NCBI GenBank assembly: GCA_964035575.1
Contig: OZ037839.1
Location: 1,674,001-1,738,000, forward strand
Source of the DNA: Rhynchopus sp. YZ270_cl-10
Lineage: Eukaryota
Reading direction: 5' to 3'
DNA: 64,000 nt
Below are positions 23,461-34,876 of this stretch, piece by piece (position 1 is the stretch's first letter; each line of letters opens with the position of its first letter). The notes beneath the pieces are model-generated. The model saw only the letters and a list, made by a program, of their open reading frames with translations, was not told the DNA's origin and made no database searches. The position numbers were made by a program, and so were the translations under genes.

Positions 23461-24864
23461 CAGTGTGACACAGAATTAATGGCCGATGACGACATTTTGT
23501 AAAAATTGTTATATTATTCTAAAAAATAGGCAAAATTTGACTCATTTCATTGCATTTTCAACTGGCCGTGTATGAAAAGTGTGTGTGTGGGGAAAATATT
23601 AACATGGAAATATCCCTTTTTGGTAAAAAAGGGTGTATGTGTAAAAAAAAAAAATACAGTGTAGCAGTACAAACGAGTGGGTGCACAAAAATAAATAGAG
23701 CATGCATTAGTATTTTGTGTGCATTCCGTTGGAATTGCGAACTGCGTCTAGGCGTCGTGGCATTGACATGATGTAACGTGCAACGAAGCTATTGTCCATC
23801 TTGGACCATTCCTTGTTGATGGCACGTTTAAGTGCTGACACGTCTTTGGGCTCCCGTTCGTTGACTGCAGTCTGCAGCTTGGCCCACAGGTTCTCAATAG
23901 GATTGAGATCAGGGGAGTTGCCTGGCCAGTCAGCTTTAGGGAGGAACGAGAAAGGTTGGGAGGAGAGGAATGCTTGAGTAACGTTCGCAGTGTGGCAGGG
24001 TGCCCCATCCTGCTGAAACGTGTAGCTACTGTCAGGCAGGAGTTCTTTTATTTCTTTGAGCGCTTTCTGTAAGACGAGCGTACGGTACTTCTCTGCATTG
24101 AGAGCACCGTCATAGAAATAGAGCTTCGTCTTACCTCTGGTGGTGATTCCTCCCCAGACGTGAACCTTCTGCGTAGCCCTGACCTTATCAACGGTTGGGG
24201 GCGGCTCATCACCATCTGCAACCCAGACAACATCGTTCTTCTTGCTCACCCGAGAAAAAAGCCAAAAGTCTTTTTCATCGGTGAACATCACCTTTGACCA
24301 GTCGGTGTTTCGATGCGTTTCAGCAAACTCTATCCGGGCAGTGATGTTCTTTTCCGAGAGCTTTGGTTTGCTCTTCGTTTGAACGGGCTTCAGCCCCTTC
24401 TCCTTCAGGCACCTGCGGACACTCTCCCTCGAAATCTGTAGTCGCGACGCTACTTTCCTGCAAGACTGAAACCGCTTGCCCCGCATGTGTCTAACCACCC
24501 TATTCTTAACGGTGTCGGTGGTGGCCGATCTCTTGCGTCCCCTCCCTGGCTTGTCCGAAAAATTCCGCTCTCCAGCGCGGTACTCCTTCACCCACCTACC
24601 CAAACTCCTCTTCGCAACGTTCAGCAACTCCGCCACCTCATCATGGCTCTTACCGCCAACAACGACTAGCGACGCTGCCTGTAGGCGCAACCCTTCCCTC
24701 GTGGCCTCAGTGTTCACTTTACCCTTAACCATTATATTTTTGCTTTTATTGTGTTCCTGGGCGTAAATATTTTATGTTTTGGGGGTGTTTTGAATATGTC
24801 CTTGTCAAAATTTGCCGTTTTTTTATAAAATGTCTTCATCGGCCATTAATTCTGTGTCACACTG
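23461..24864 (-). mobile_element. Complete Tc1/mariner transposon (1404 bp, TA TSD, about 38-bp TIRs)
   Basis: TA|CAGTGTGACACAGAATTAATGGCCGATGA... and its reverse complement ending at 24864|TA. Confidence 0.97.
23707..24732 (-). CDS. Tc1-like transposase, DD37E (341 aa)
   Basis: Paired HTH with GRKR linker; WSKVMFTDEK, FQQDGAPCH, WPGNSPDLNPIENLW; 37 residues between the second D and E. Confidence 0.95.
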   Translation of the reverse strand: MVKGKVNTEATREGLRLQAASLVVVGGKSHDEVAELLNVAKRSLGRWVKEYRAGERNFSDKPGRGRKRSATTDTVKNRVVRHMRGKRFQSCRKVASRLQISRESVRRCLKEKGLKPVQTKSKPKLSEKNITARIEFAETHRNTDWSKVMFTDEKDFWLFSRVSKKNDVVWVADGDEPPPTVDKVRATQKVHVWGGITTRGKTKLYFYDGALNAEKYRTLVLQKALKEIKELLPDSSYTFQQDGAPCHTANVTQAFLSSQPFSFLPKADWPGNSPDLNPIENLWAKLQTAVNEREPKDVSALKRAINKEWSKMDNSFVARYIMSMPRRLDAVRNSNGMHTKY

Positions 24865-25112
24865 TATTTCCAACAGTTCTTCAAAAAAAAGTGGAGTTCA
24901 TCCTCGGATGTCTACACTAATATAACAGAGTTTTCAAAAAAAAACAGTGGAGAGTGCACAACTGTGGCAGCACAACCGAGGCAAACTACACTACTCCAAC
25001 AATTCTTCAACAAGACAAAAAAAAAAAAAAGGAGATATTCCCTCCCCAAAAAAGTACTCTTGAGCGTTCCCCCCCACCTCCTTTTTATCCCCTCACCCCG
25101 AAGTTAAATATC

Positions 25113-25914
25113 CACGGTATGGTGGCGATCGCGCGCCATGAGACCGCGATCGCACGCGATCGCGATCGCGCGATCGCGCAAAAATTGTCGCGATCGCACA
25201 CACGAAAAAGTGGCGATCGCGCGCGATCGCCCGCGATCGCGGAAATCGCCCTGGGGAAAAAAAAATTTTTGTGGGGGAAAATTTTTTTTTGTGCAGGAAA
25301 AAAAAATTTTTGTGGCAAAAAAAACCAAAGAGCGATACACGGTGGCCTGCGCCTGACTCTGGCACTGGGGGTACACAGGTACACAGGTACACCCAGAGTG
25401 CCAGAGTCAAGGGTCCCCCCCAATGACATAACGAAGTATCGCTTGAAAGTACCGTTCAAGAAAACCTTGGATTGACCAAATCGAGAAAAAAATTGTCAAG
25501 TCGAAATTTCAGCCAAAATACGGTCATTTTGGTCATACCGGTGTATGTAGTAGCTAGAACACGTACATAGCCAATTTTCTGAGCGATTTCCTTCACAAAA
25601 AAAAAAAAATTTTTTTTTTTGTGAAAAATTGGTCAAAAATCGACTTGTCTTTGGTAAAAACCACGAAAAATCGGCTGCGGAAACCCGCGTTTTAGACCCC
25701 CACAGAAGCTCAAAAGTGCCAAATTTTGCTTTCAATGGCCTCAAATCGTCGAAATTAGGCCTACATAGGGCAAAAAAATAAAAATTGAGAGTCCTTTTCC
25801 CTATGAGGCAATAACCAGCGAAGGCACGTTGGGTTCACCGTCGAGCGATCGCGCGATTTTCCCCAGATCGCGCGCGATCGCAGTCTCATGGCGCGCGATC
25901 GCGACCATACCGTG
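25113..25914. mobile_element. MITE with CACGGTATGG TIRs (about 50 bp), GCGATCGC-rich subtermini and 6-bp TSD AATATC
   Basis: aatatc|cacggtatggtggcgatcgcgcgccatgagac ... gtctcatggcgcgcgatcgcgaccataccgtg|aatatc. Confidence 0.85.
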
Positions 25915-26452
25915 AATATCCTTCAGCAGTTTTGCTTCTTGTGGAAGCAAGACACGGACCCGCCTATATACCCCACGATACACGTGGGTGCTACACTAAT
26001 ACAACAAATTATCAAAAAAGGGGGGAAATATTTTAATGTCTGAGGATGAGTTTGTGTCGGTGATGCCTTTCCAGGACATTCACCAAGAGTACAAGACGCT
26101 GCCTCAGATAGGTTATTTTACAAATGGTCAATCAAAGTGTGAATTTCTCTGCCAAAAAAAATTGAGGCTACCAGCTGAGGTTCATCTTACAAATAATAAT
26201 AAAAAATGCCCCCCTTTTTTTTTGCTTCTTTTTATTCACCCCCATCGTCTTCTTCCCTCCCCCCCTAGTTTCGAGTGCGAAACGTTTCCCCATGGACTGC
26301 ACGGGAAACAATATGACAAAGATGCAGGGTGGTTCCGTGCCTATCACAGAACCTGGCACCTTGTGTGTCTCCCAAAAACCAAAAGTGTGTGTGAAGTTTT
26401 GAAGGAAGGAAAAATAAAATCATAACAGGTGTTGACACACAGACACCACGAA

Positions 26453-28258
26453 ATGGTACACAGTATGCGGGCAGTGCGTGCATATGTTGAGTCGTTCCTG
26501 ACGCTGGACGGTACACTCGACTCGAAGGAGCGCTTCAAGCGGAGTCTGTTCTTCTTCTTCCCGCTGTTTGGGTTCGCGTTCATGGCAATACCTTTGGTGA
26601 TGCGGCGCAAGCAGTACAGTGTACAGCTGGTGCCGTTGCTGCTGAACTCCGCCGCGTGCCTGCTTCTGCTAGCCGCACCCCTCGTAGTGGCCGCGCGCAT
26701 ACCGTTGACCAATCGTCTTATCGCCGTGTTCATGTACCTGTCTAGTATAGCCATCCTAGTGGGTGACCTGCACGCACGGACACTGGGCGGCACTCGATGG
26801 CCATTGATGATGCTGTTGATTGACTTCATGCTCGTGATGCAGGCGCCCTCGAAGTTCACAATGGGTCTCGTGGGCCTCACAATTGTGTGGCTTTGCGTCA
26901 TGGCCGGCGAAGAAGTGTTCAGGTTCGGGCTTTTCGACATGCCAGGCCTCATGCCGCAGGAGGGCGAGTACGGCCGCAAGGAGTACTACCGCAAGTTGAC
27001 GGACTGTGCAGGTGAGATACCGTGCCAGGCGCGTTTCCCACCAGGCAACTTCATCCTCTCGCTCGCGGTCTTCATCATCGACTTCTTCGCGACACGAGGC
27101 TTTGCACGGGATGTGCTGAAGGAGCAGGCGTCCATGGCACAGACAATCAGCACCGTGCAGGAGATCGCCTCCCTCCTAGCTGGCTACGACGTGGAGAAGG
27201 TGGCGGAGCTGCTGGCGGCGCATGGAACGGACCTGCCTGAGGGGATGCTTCTTGCACTCAGTACGTTGGAGGCGAACCTGCGTGTGTACAAGGCGTACCT
27301 CCCGCAGACGTGTTTGCAGCAGGATCCCAAAAGTCCTAAGGATGGGGTGCGGGTGCGGGACAGGTCAGAGTCGATTGTGTGCTCAGAATCGTCGTCGTCA
27401 ACAGTCTCGCGCACAAGTTCTCTCGGCATGATGAAGTCGACACGTGCACAGGCCCTAGGGTTGTCCACTGTCAACGGGACGCTGCTGACACTCAACATCA
27501 AAAACACAATGCGTATCCTGGAAGAGGACAGCACCCGCTATTCGCAGTTGTTCACATCGGTGTTGGTGAGGATATTGGGTGCAACGGACTCGCAGCAAGG
27601 CATGGTGGACGTGTTCATCGGTGACCGCATCCACTGCTCCTTCAACACGTCAAAGCGCTGTGCCAGCCACGCCACCTGTGCACTCTCCACTGCTGCAGCA
27701 TTGGTGCGTAGTGCCGTAAAGGACACGATGGCACGTTTCAACATCGGCATCGCAACAGGGAAGGTGCTCCGTGGCGACATGGGCTGTGAGATGATGCGCC
27801 GCTTCAGCATGATCGGCACTCTCGTGCGCGACGTGAACGGGATGGAACGTGCGGGGCGCATCCTCGGCTGCGATGTGCTCTGCAACCGCCTCTGCTTCAG
27901 CGACGGGGAGCTGGAGCACCAGCTGCGCCTTATCCCACGCAAGGTGGAGGTGGACGCGGGGTGTGACGAGGAGGTGGTGGCCGAGCTGGTGGTGAAGGAG
28001 GGCAACATCGACATCTCGATCGCTGACGAGTGGATGTACATGATTGGGGGGAAGAAGGACTGGGATGCGTACAACAGCTCTGTGCGTGCGTACTTCAAGG
28101 GCGAAGCTTCTGCTGCAGACGTTGCAGCAGCAGCATATGAAGCAAATGCAGGCAAGAAGCAGGCACCTGCGAGGATGTTTGCACACGACTACACAACGTT
28201 ACGGTTGTCCCTTCGCTCTATGGGTAACCACGTGGACAACTTCACACCCCAAGAATAA
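26453..28258 (+). CDS. Paralog of 19541: multi-TM protein with degenerate cyclase domain (about 601 aa)
   Basis: Same architecture; long blocks identical to the 19541 gene. Confidence 0.85.
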   Translation: MVHSMRAVRAYVESFLTLDGTLDSKERFKRSLFFFFPLFGFAFMAIPLVMRRKQYSVQLVPLLLNSAACLLLLAAPLVVAARIPLTNRLIAVFMYLSSIAILVGDLHARTLGGTRWPLMMLLIDFMLVMQAPSKFTMGLVGLTIVWLCVMAGEEVFRFGLFDMPGLMPQEGEYGRKEYYRKLTDCAGEIPCQARFPPGNFILSLAVFIIDFFATRGFARDVLKEQASMAQTISTVQEIASLLAGYDVEKVAELLAAHGTDLPEGMLLALSTLEANLRVYKAYLPQTCLQQDPKSPKDGVRVRDRSESIVCSESSSSTVSRTSSLGMMKSTRAQALGLSTVNGTLLTLNIKNTMRILEEDSTRYSQLFTSVLVRILGATDSQQGMVDVFIGDRIHCSFNTSKRCASHATCALSTAAALVRSAVKDTMARFNIGIATGKVLRGDMGCEMMRRFSMIGTLVRDVNGMERAGRILGCDVLCNRLCFSDGELEHQLRLIPRKVEVDAGCDEEVVAELVVKEGNIDISIADEWMYMIGGKKDWDAYNSSVRAYFKGEASAADVAAAAYEANAGKKQAPARMFAHDYTTLRLSLRSMGNHVDNFTPQE

Positions 28259-28329
28259 GAAGCGCGATTCCCCCGGTGATGCAAAAAAGGGGAACAAAAA
28301 AAAAAAAAAAAAAACTAATAGTGGAGCTG

Positions 28330-29449
28330 CAGGCTTTGCGCTAACTTCTGGCCCTTGGCCCGGGATTTTTGGAGATTTTTTGTGGTGCGTTTTTTGCAAA
28401 CCGGGGTTTCCTTAAGAAAACCAGAGAATCTCATATTTGATAGTAAGGGTACTTTAGAGTGTTTTTGTACACATGTGACCCCACCGTGGAGAGCAATCAC
28501 CTCGCGCAATCAAAAGAAAGCAGAGAAAAGGGAAAAGAAAAAAAGACAAAAGTTGGGTACCGTGCGCCTGCGGCGCTACCTGTTCCCTACCCTACTTTAT
28601 TTTTAAACATGTACTTATGTACAGTGTTCATTTTCTTTTGAGTACGACAATGCGCTGCTGAACAGTCTCCATCCTCACTGTGTGAGGGCGGCACCCCCTC
28701 CGAGGCCACAACCGTCCTGGTTTTTGTTCTCACTCTTCTCTGTGGTCACAGAAACCCCATAGCTTCTTCAGTACATTGGTGTTTCCAGTGCAAAACACAA
28801 TTTCATGCCAAGTTGGGTTTCAGACTGAAAATGACCCTTGTTTATGGTATGGGTTCATATTTTGCGAAAATTTAAGTCACTGAAATTTTGTCCATTTTTC
28901 CGTATATCCCCCACCACAATCCGGGATTGGTTCGGAAATGCAACAAAACGACCTCTTGGGCGGAAAAAAAGATATTTACGCACTTTTTGAGACCGGGGTT
29001 TCTTTACTAGAACCAGAAGAATCTCATATTTCATAGTAAGGGTACTTTAGAGTGTTTTTACACACACATGTGACCCCACCGTGGAGAGCAATCAGCTCGC
29101 GCAATCAAAAGAAAGCAGAGAAAAGGGAAAAGAAAAAAGTTGGGTACCGTGCGCCTGCGGCGCTACCTGTTGCCAACAGCCAGTCAAAAACACCACAATT
29201 TCATCTGAATTTGGGTTTTCAGACTGAAAATGACCCTTGTTTAGGAGTATGGGTTCATATTTTGTGAAAATTTAAGTCACTAAATTTTTGTCCATTTTTC
29301 CGAATATGCCCCACCACAGCCCGGGATTGGCTCGGAAATGCCACAAAACACTGTTTTTTCACCCCCAGACGTAACCCTATTTGAGGTGCGTTTTTTTGGG
29401 CCGAAACACGATTTTTCAGAGTTTTTTCCAAAAGTTAGCGCGAAGCCTG
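28330..29449. mobile_element. hAT-like MITE, TIR CAGGCTTYGCGCTAACTT, with an internal duplication; inserted into a GTGGAG hairpin repeat
   Basis: Terminal inverted repeats; about 28400-28585 repeated at about 28990-29172; gtggagc on both sides (2 extra bases on the left); relative at 60373-60931. Confidence 0.75.
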
Positions 29450-30359
29450 GTGGAGCACACTCTAGGGTGGCTACACTAATACAACTAATTTTTCAAAAAA
29501 AAAACAAAACAGAAGTACAAAACCCGAAACGCGACACGCATTAGTTTATTGCGAGACTCCGGTCACGTACGATCGAGCATAATTAGCCAGTCCTCAGTTA
29601 CACATGACCATATTTACCTAAATACTTTTTTGTCTTTTTTTTTTTAAAGTCTTTTTAGTGACGAAGCCCGAGAGGCTTCGGGTCATCTTAGTTCATCTTT
29701 AGTTAAGCATTTCTTTTTGTCTCGCCCCTTTCCTGTGGGAGAGAGTGGTGCTGCTATCTCTTTCCAGATGATGCAGCACCCAGTCAGATGACACAGCGTG
29801 CTCAGTAGGGCAATATTCCGCCATTAGGATTTTAATACTGATTTTTAGAATACTATTATGGTGTGGTCGGAACCATACGGAAAAGTACGAGGGGGGGAAA
29901 AAGGAAAAAGGAAAAAAGGAAATTAGGTTCCGATCACGCCAACCACATAAGGTACGTGATACTGTGCCCCCACCTCGACCTGTTGACACTTCACTCTGTG
30001 TCGCCTGTTCCAAAAGTCAGTTGATTTCAGGGTGATTTACATACCCTGGGAACGAGGCGGAGTGTGTTGTGTGTGTTAACAGTGAGCAGCAATAAAAAGA
30101 CAAAAAAAAGTGCCTTTATTTTCAATTATTTGATCTCAGGACCACATCATCAGACGTGGAAACGGTGTGCACTTTTGTGTGCTGATGTCGTTACTCTCGG
30201 ACAGCTGTATCTCTACCGAAGAGACTGCCAAAAAAAAAAACAAAAATCGCTTCAAGACCCCAAAGCAGTTCCACACAACCATCTCTCAAAAAAAAAAAAG
30301 TTTCACATTTCACCCCCTCCTCCTCCTCCTCCTCCTCCAGACTTATAATTATTAATAAA

Positions 30360-30767
30360 ATGCGTGCAGTTCTCTTGTTTGCGGTGTTGTCCTCCGTCTT
30401 GGGGACCAATGAGACGTGCCCGGCTGCGGGCGGGGCAGGTGGTGTGAACTGCACAAAGACAGGTGAGAGCTGCTGTGGTGCGGGCACGATGTTCCCGTCG
30501 TGCCTTGAGGCCGACAGCGGGAAGAAGTGCTGTCTGCACTACCTTGCCGCGGGGCAGTGCAGCGCGAACAGCACCTGCTGTGGTGGGGGAGGGCCTGGTG
30601 CCAGCTCCTACGTATTCTGCTGCGCATCAGGCCGCACCTGCTGTGGTGGCGGTGGCGACGGCGGGGCGCTTTGCTGTGAAGAGGGGGGCACATGCTGTTA
30701 CGACTACACAAACCCATGGTGCTGTGCAAAGGGCACCAAATGCGGAGTAAACGGGCAGTGCGAATGA
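30360..30767 (+). CDS. Small secreted Cys/Gly-rich protein (135 aa, 22 Cys, 8 CC doublets)
   Basis: Signal-peptide-like MRAVLLFAVLSSVLG, regular CCxxxxxCC spacing, GC-rich coding island, upstream pyrimidine tract ending in CAG. Confidence 0.8.
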   Translation: MRAVLLFAVLSSVLGTNETCPAAGGAGGVNCTKTGESCCGAGTMFPSCLEADSGKKCCLHYLAAGQCSANSTCCGGGGPGASSYVFCCASGRTCCGGGGDGGALCCEEGGTCCYDYTNPWCCAKGTKCGVNGQCE

Positions 30768-32101
30768 GCAGAGGAGGAGAGGAGTTCAGTATCACTGTCT
30801 TGCAATAGTAGTGGCACATCTTCGTGGCGCTATTTATCAACGAAGAAAAATAGAAAATAATACTTTTGTGTTTTGTTATGTCCATTTGCCTCCCCATCGG
30901 TCATTATCGTTTAGTTTTTTTTAAGACAAAAATCGCACGAAAACGAACAAAAAATAATATGTGATTTTGACCGCCTTTTTATGTGATTATCGTCATTATC
31001 GCTCTCGAATCGAGTAGAATCGTGTGTTTCGACGATGCCTTTTGTTTGTTTTCCGTAGATATTTTGAAGTGTAGTTTCCATCCCCACGCGCATGAAAATA
31101 TCCGATTTTTTTTTTTGTGTTTCGGCACTGATTTCTTCGATTATAACTCAAATCACCCCCTCCTCCCAACTCCCAACTTCTCTTTTCTAAAAGGTGACTA
31201 AGCACGAGAGTCTTGGGTTCATCTTAATAAACGTTTCTTCTCGTTCGTTTCGCTTTCTGCTGTCGGCATACAGCCAACGACATCACACACACCCGTTGTG
31301 TGATAAAACCACAACCTGTCTGCAACACAATAAATTCAAAGTGGGGGGGGGGGCACGTGGTCGCCCGTTTCTGTTCTCCAATGAATTGAAGGCACAAAGG
31401 CAGTGGGGATAAAACACTAGGGTGTAAATACTTTTCGACTGAGAGGTTGATGTATTTTTTGATTGGGTCCACCCAATGTACCAGTCATGTACCAAGGTAC
31501 ATTTTGTATTTCAAGTCAAAAAAAAAAAAAATCTCGCGACAACCTGAGACCGATGTTGACTCAGTCTTACTTTTTGATTTGAGCTGAATGGTCCAGCACA
31601 ACAAAAAAACGCGCTTCTCCAGCTTCTCTCTCTCTTTCTGTAAGGTGACTAAGCAACGAGAGGCTTAGGGTCATCTTATAAACTTTTCTTTTTTGCTTCC
31701 GTTTTTACAATGATTTCCACATCCTCAACTTGTTTCTCTCTGGGGTTTTTCCCCTTTTCTGAAGCAGCAGTATCTGTCACCCCCGTCTGCAGCCACAACG
31801 TTTTCACCCCCTCCTCTCCACAAGGCAAGCACTCTTTTGTTAACGTTAAGAACCTTCAATTGTAAAGATGCCGCAAAACCTACACCCCATTTTCTTTATT
31901 AGTATATCAACAGTAGCCTTTACCGTATTCGTACAAATTGTCGACCACAAGAATGTTCCACCTTTTCAGGATTTTTCTCATCTGCAGCGGGCACCCCCCT
32001 TTTATACTTTTCTAGAATACCACCCATGAAAAATTGTGTTATAGTACCGTGCACACACTCCTATCAGTCCCCTTCCCCCCACCCCACCCCAACTACACAA
32101 C

Positions 32102-34107
32102 ATGGAGGATGTGTCGACAGCAGAAACACGATGGATCTTTTCGAAGGAGCTTGACTTCTGGGCGCACTGTATGCCTATCATTGCTGGGGTGATCCTAGCA
32201 CCGATCCTCTGGTATACGGTAGGGCCTGACGAGCTGCCCCTATGGGCTTATGCTGTAGTTGTCGTCTTTTGCGATGTAGGGCATGTCTGGGGGACCTTAT
32301 TCCGCTGTTACATGGATACAGCGGAGAACCGTCGGCGTGCACTGATTTACAACCTCTCCCCGGTCCTCATTTTTGCAGTCACCTTCGGCATACATTTCTG
32401 GCTATCGGAGGCGGTCTTTTGGATGATCGTTGGGTACACAGCGATTTTTCATTTTATCAGACAGCAGTGGGGGTTTCTGTGTCTATACCGTGCGAGGGCG
32501 CTGGAGGTTGAGGGTCGTGTCGCGGATCAAATAACGCATGCTGTAGGCGCGTTAGGTCCTATCGCAGTGTGGCACGCTGACGAGAACAGATCGTTCGATT
32601 GGTTCATGAGAGAAGACCCCTTTCTTATAAGGCTTCCGCCGTGGAGTAAGAATGTGGCGATCGGAATTTATGTAACGATTTTTGTGTCGTATTGCGTAAG
32701 GCAGATGAGGGTAAAGCAGGTGAATGTTGGGAAGGTGGCGACGATGCTGTTCTGCTGGGTGACCTGGGCGGTGGGGGTGCTGTGCCCGCATAAGCTCATC
32801 GCGGTGTTCTTCCTGAATATGTTCCACGCAGCTCCGTCCTATATGATTGTGTTTTTCACAGCGCGCAATAAGTTTCGTGTCACCCCACCCCCAACAGACG
32901 CAGAGAGGCTAATAGTGTATCTCACGCAGCCCGGGTCGTGGTGGAAGTACCTCGCCTTCTTCGTCACGATCGCAGTCTTCGAAGAGGTTTGTTATAAAGA
33001 CAATATTATTTATACATAACGCTCTAATTAGACTCTAATTAGAGTTCAGTTAGAGTATTAAAGACTCTAATTATACTCTAACTGCCGACTCTAATGATCT
33101 AATTTATTTCACTAAAACAACATCAGTGTGGAGGGGTACAAACCTTCTTTTGAAATCTCAAAAATACACCGTTTTTTTTTACCCCCCCGGTGTTTTTACG
33201 GTGTTTTGTTGTGTTGTTGTAAAAGAAAACTCCCTTTTTTGTGTGCACGTTTCGGGCACCTTTCTTTAGCCCCTCTGACATCCATTTTCTTGCTTGCTAG
33301 ACCGTACATTGCTCCGTTCTCTAAAAAGGAATGGTAAAAAAAAAAAAAAATGTTTTCCAACAATGTTTGATTGGTAGTGCATATGTGAGCAGTACCAACA
33401 TAACATAAGCGACGAACGGGATGGGGGTTATTATGGTCACTCAAACAACACACTGATTTCAAGCGCACACAGAAGTGGGCTACTCTCCAGTTCAGGCGTT
33501 ACCCACTCGAATTCCGTTATCAAACACACACACATACACATGGGCCATATTCTGCGCAAGAATTACCTAATTGTTATCAAAACACCCACACAGATCCTAT
33601 GGGAGGCGTTCGTCTGGCGCGACTACTACCCAGAGCTGTTCACATTCGAAGTTAATAAGCTCGGTAAGTCCTTCTTCACTGCACTGCTTTCGATGCCTCA
33701 GGTATACTCATTGCGCCCTTTTATCTGATGTAAACCACGAAATTGGATGTAGGACTGAATGGTTGGGTCGGTGCCTGCAACTGCAACTCTTCTGTTGAAG
33801 CTTTTTGTGTGGCTTGACCCCCCTTTTAAGGTCCCCCCGTTAGTACCACAAAAGGAGTACTAAAGCGGTAGTGGAGAGCTCTATAGGGCGGTTACTCTAA
33901 TACAACCAAGTTTTCAAAACACAGAGAAACACTTTATTGCGTGAGGACCACCATTTTTAGCAAAAATGTCACCAACTGCCAACCACACACACCCCTGCAC
34001 AGCTTACACACTACTTTTTGGACGCCTTTATCTGGAAGCTTGAGCAGAACCCATGCCTGTCTGACTACTACGGCCTTACGTACACAACGAAGGTGAAGGC
34101 CCTGTGA
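32102..34107 (+). CDS. Uncharacterised multi-pass membrane protein with conserved His motifs; exons 32102-32986, 33594-33701, 34003-34107 (365 aa)
   Basis: Two phase-0 GT..CACAG introns give a continuous frame ...VFEE/ILWEAFVW...SMPQ/LTHYFLDAFIWK...*. Motifs DVGHVWGT, FHFIRQQWG, FHAAPSY, HYFLDAFIW. Confidence 0.85.
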
Positions 34108-34876
34108 AGTGCGAGGTTGTTGCTCCATGGCCTCTTTGTCTTCGACATGGTTTGTCGCAAGTGGGCGTGCGTTTTCAAAAAAAAAATAAAAGTTCCTCGT
34201 TTTGGGGTCAATATTGGAGTGTACCATTGGTAAGCAATGGTATTTCAATGATGAAATAGGTGAGTGATGACACCTCCCCTTTTAGTTGTGTGTGCACGTT
34301 TAGGAAAGGCAACTTCCTATTAAGCCCGCCGAGTCCATTTTCTTGGAGCTTCCAGGACCGTACATTGCTCCGTTCCCTAAAAAGGAATGGTGAAAAGGTT
34401 TTCAAAAATAATACATAAATAGAATCTGACTTCGGATATGACACATGACACGTGAATACGAACTTTTATTTCTTTGTGCTTCCACTGGGACCGTTTCATA
34501 CCTTCTCCCATGTGTACCCTCTGCGAGCTGAGCATATGCAGTTAAGTTACAGTAACACACAAAAAAAAAAAAAAAAAGTTCCCCATCTTTATGCATCTAC
34601 TTATACCGATAAGTTCTGGCTCTGAAACCAGCAAAAGTACTCAAGCTATTTCCATGTAACATTTCTGTTCCCGCCTACTCCCGTCTCCAATTCAAAGGGC
34701 CTCCGGTCCGCAGGCGCTCCTGCATAGATTGCAAACGCTACCTGGTGGTCTAAACGGCCTGCTTCCATGGTGGGAACCGCCTGGGAGCAATGGACTGGCA
34801 GGCGTGACACTTCGAGGAGCTGTGCTCTTCCTTACCAAACAACCCACCCGCAGAGATACATCAAGACACACATAAA

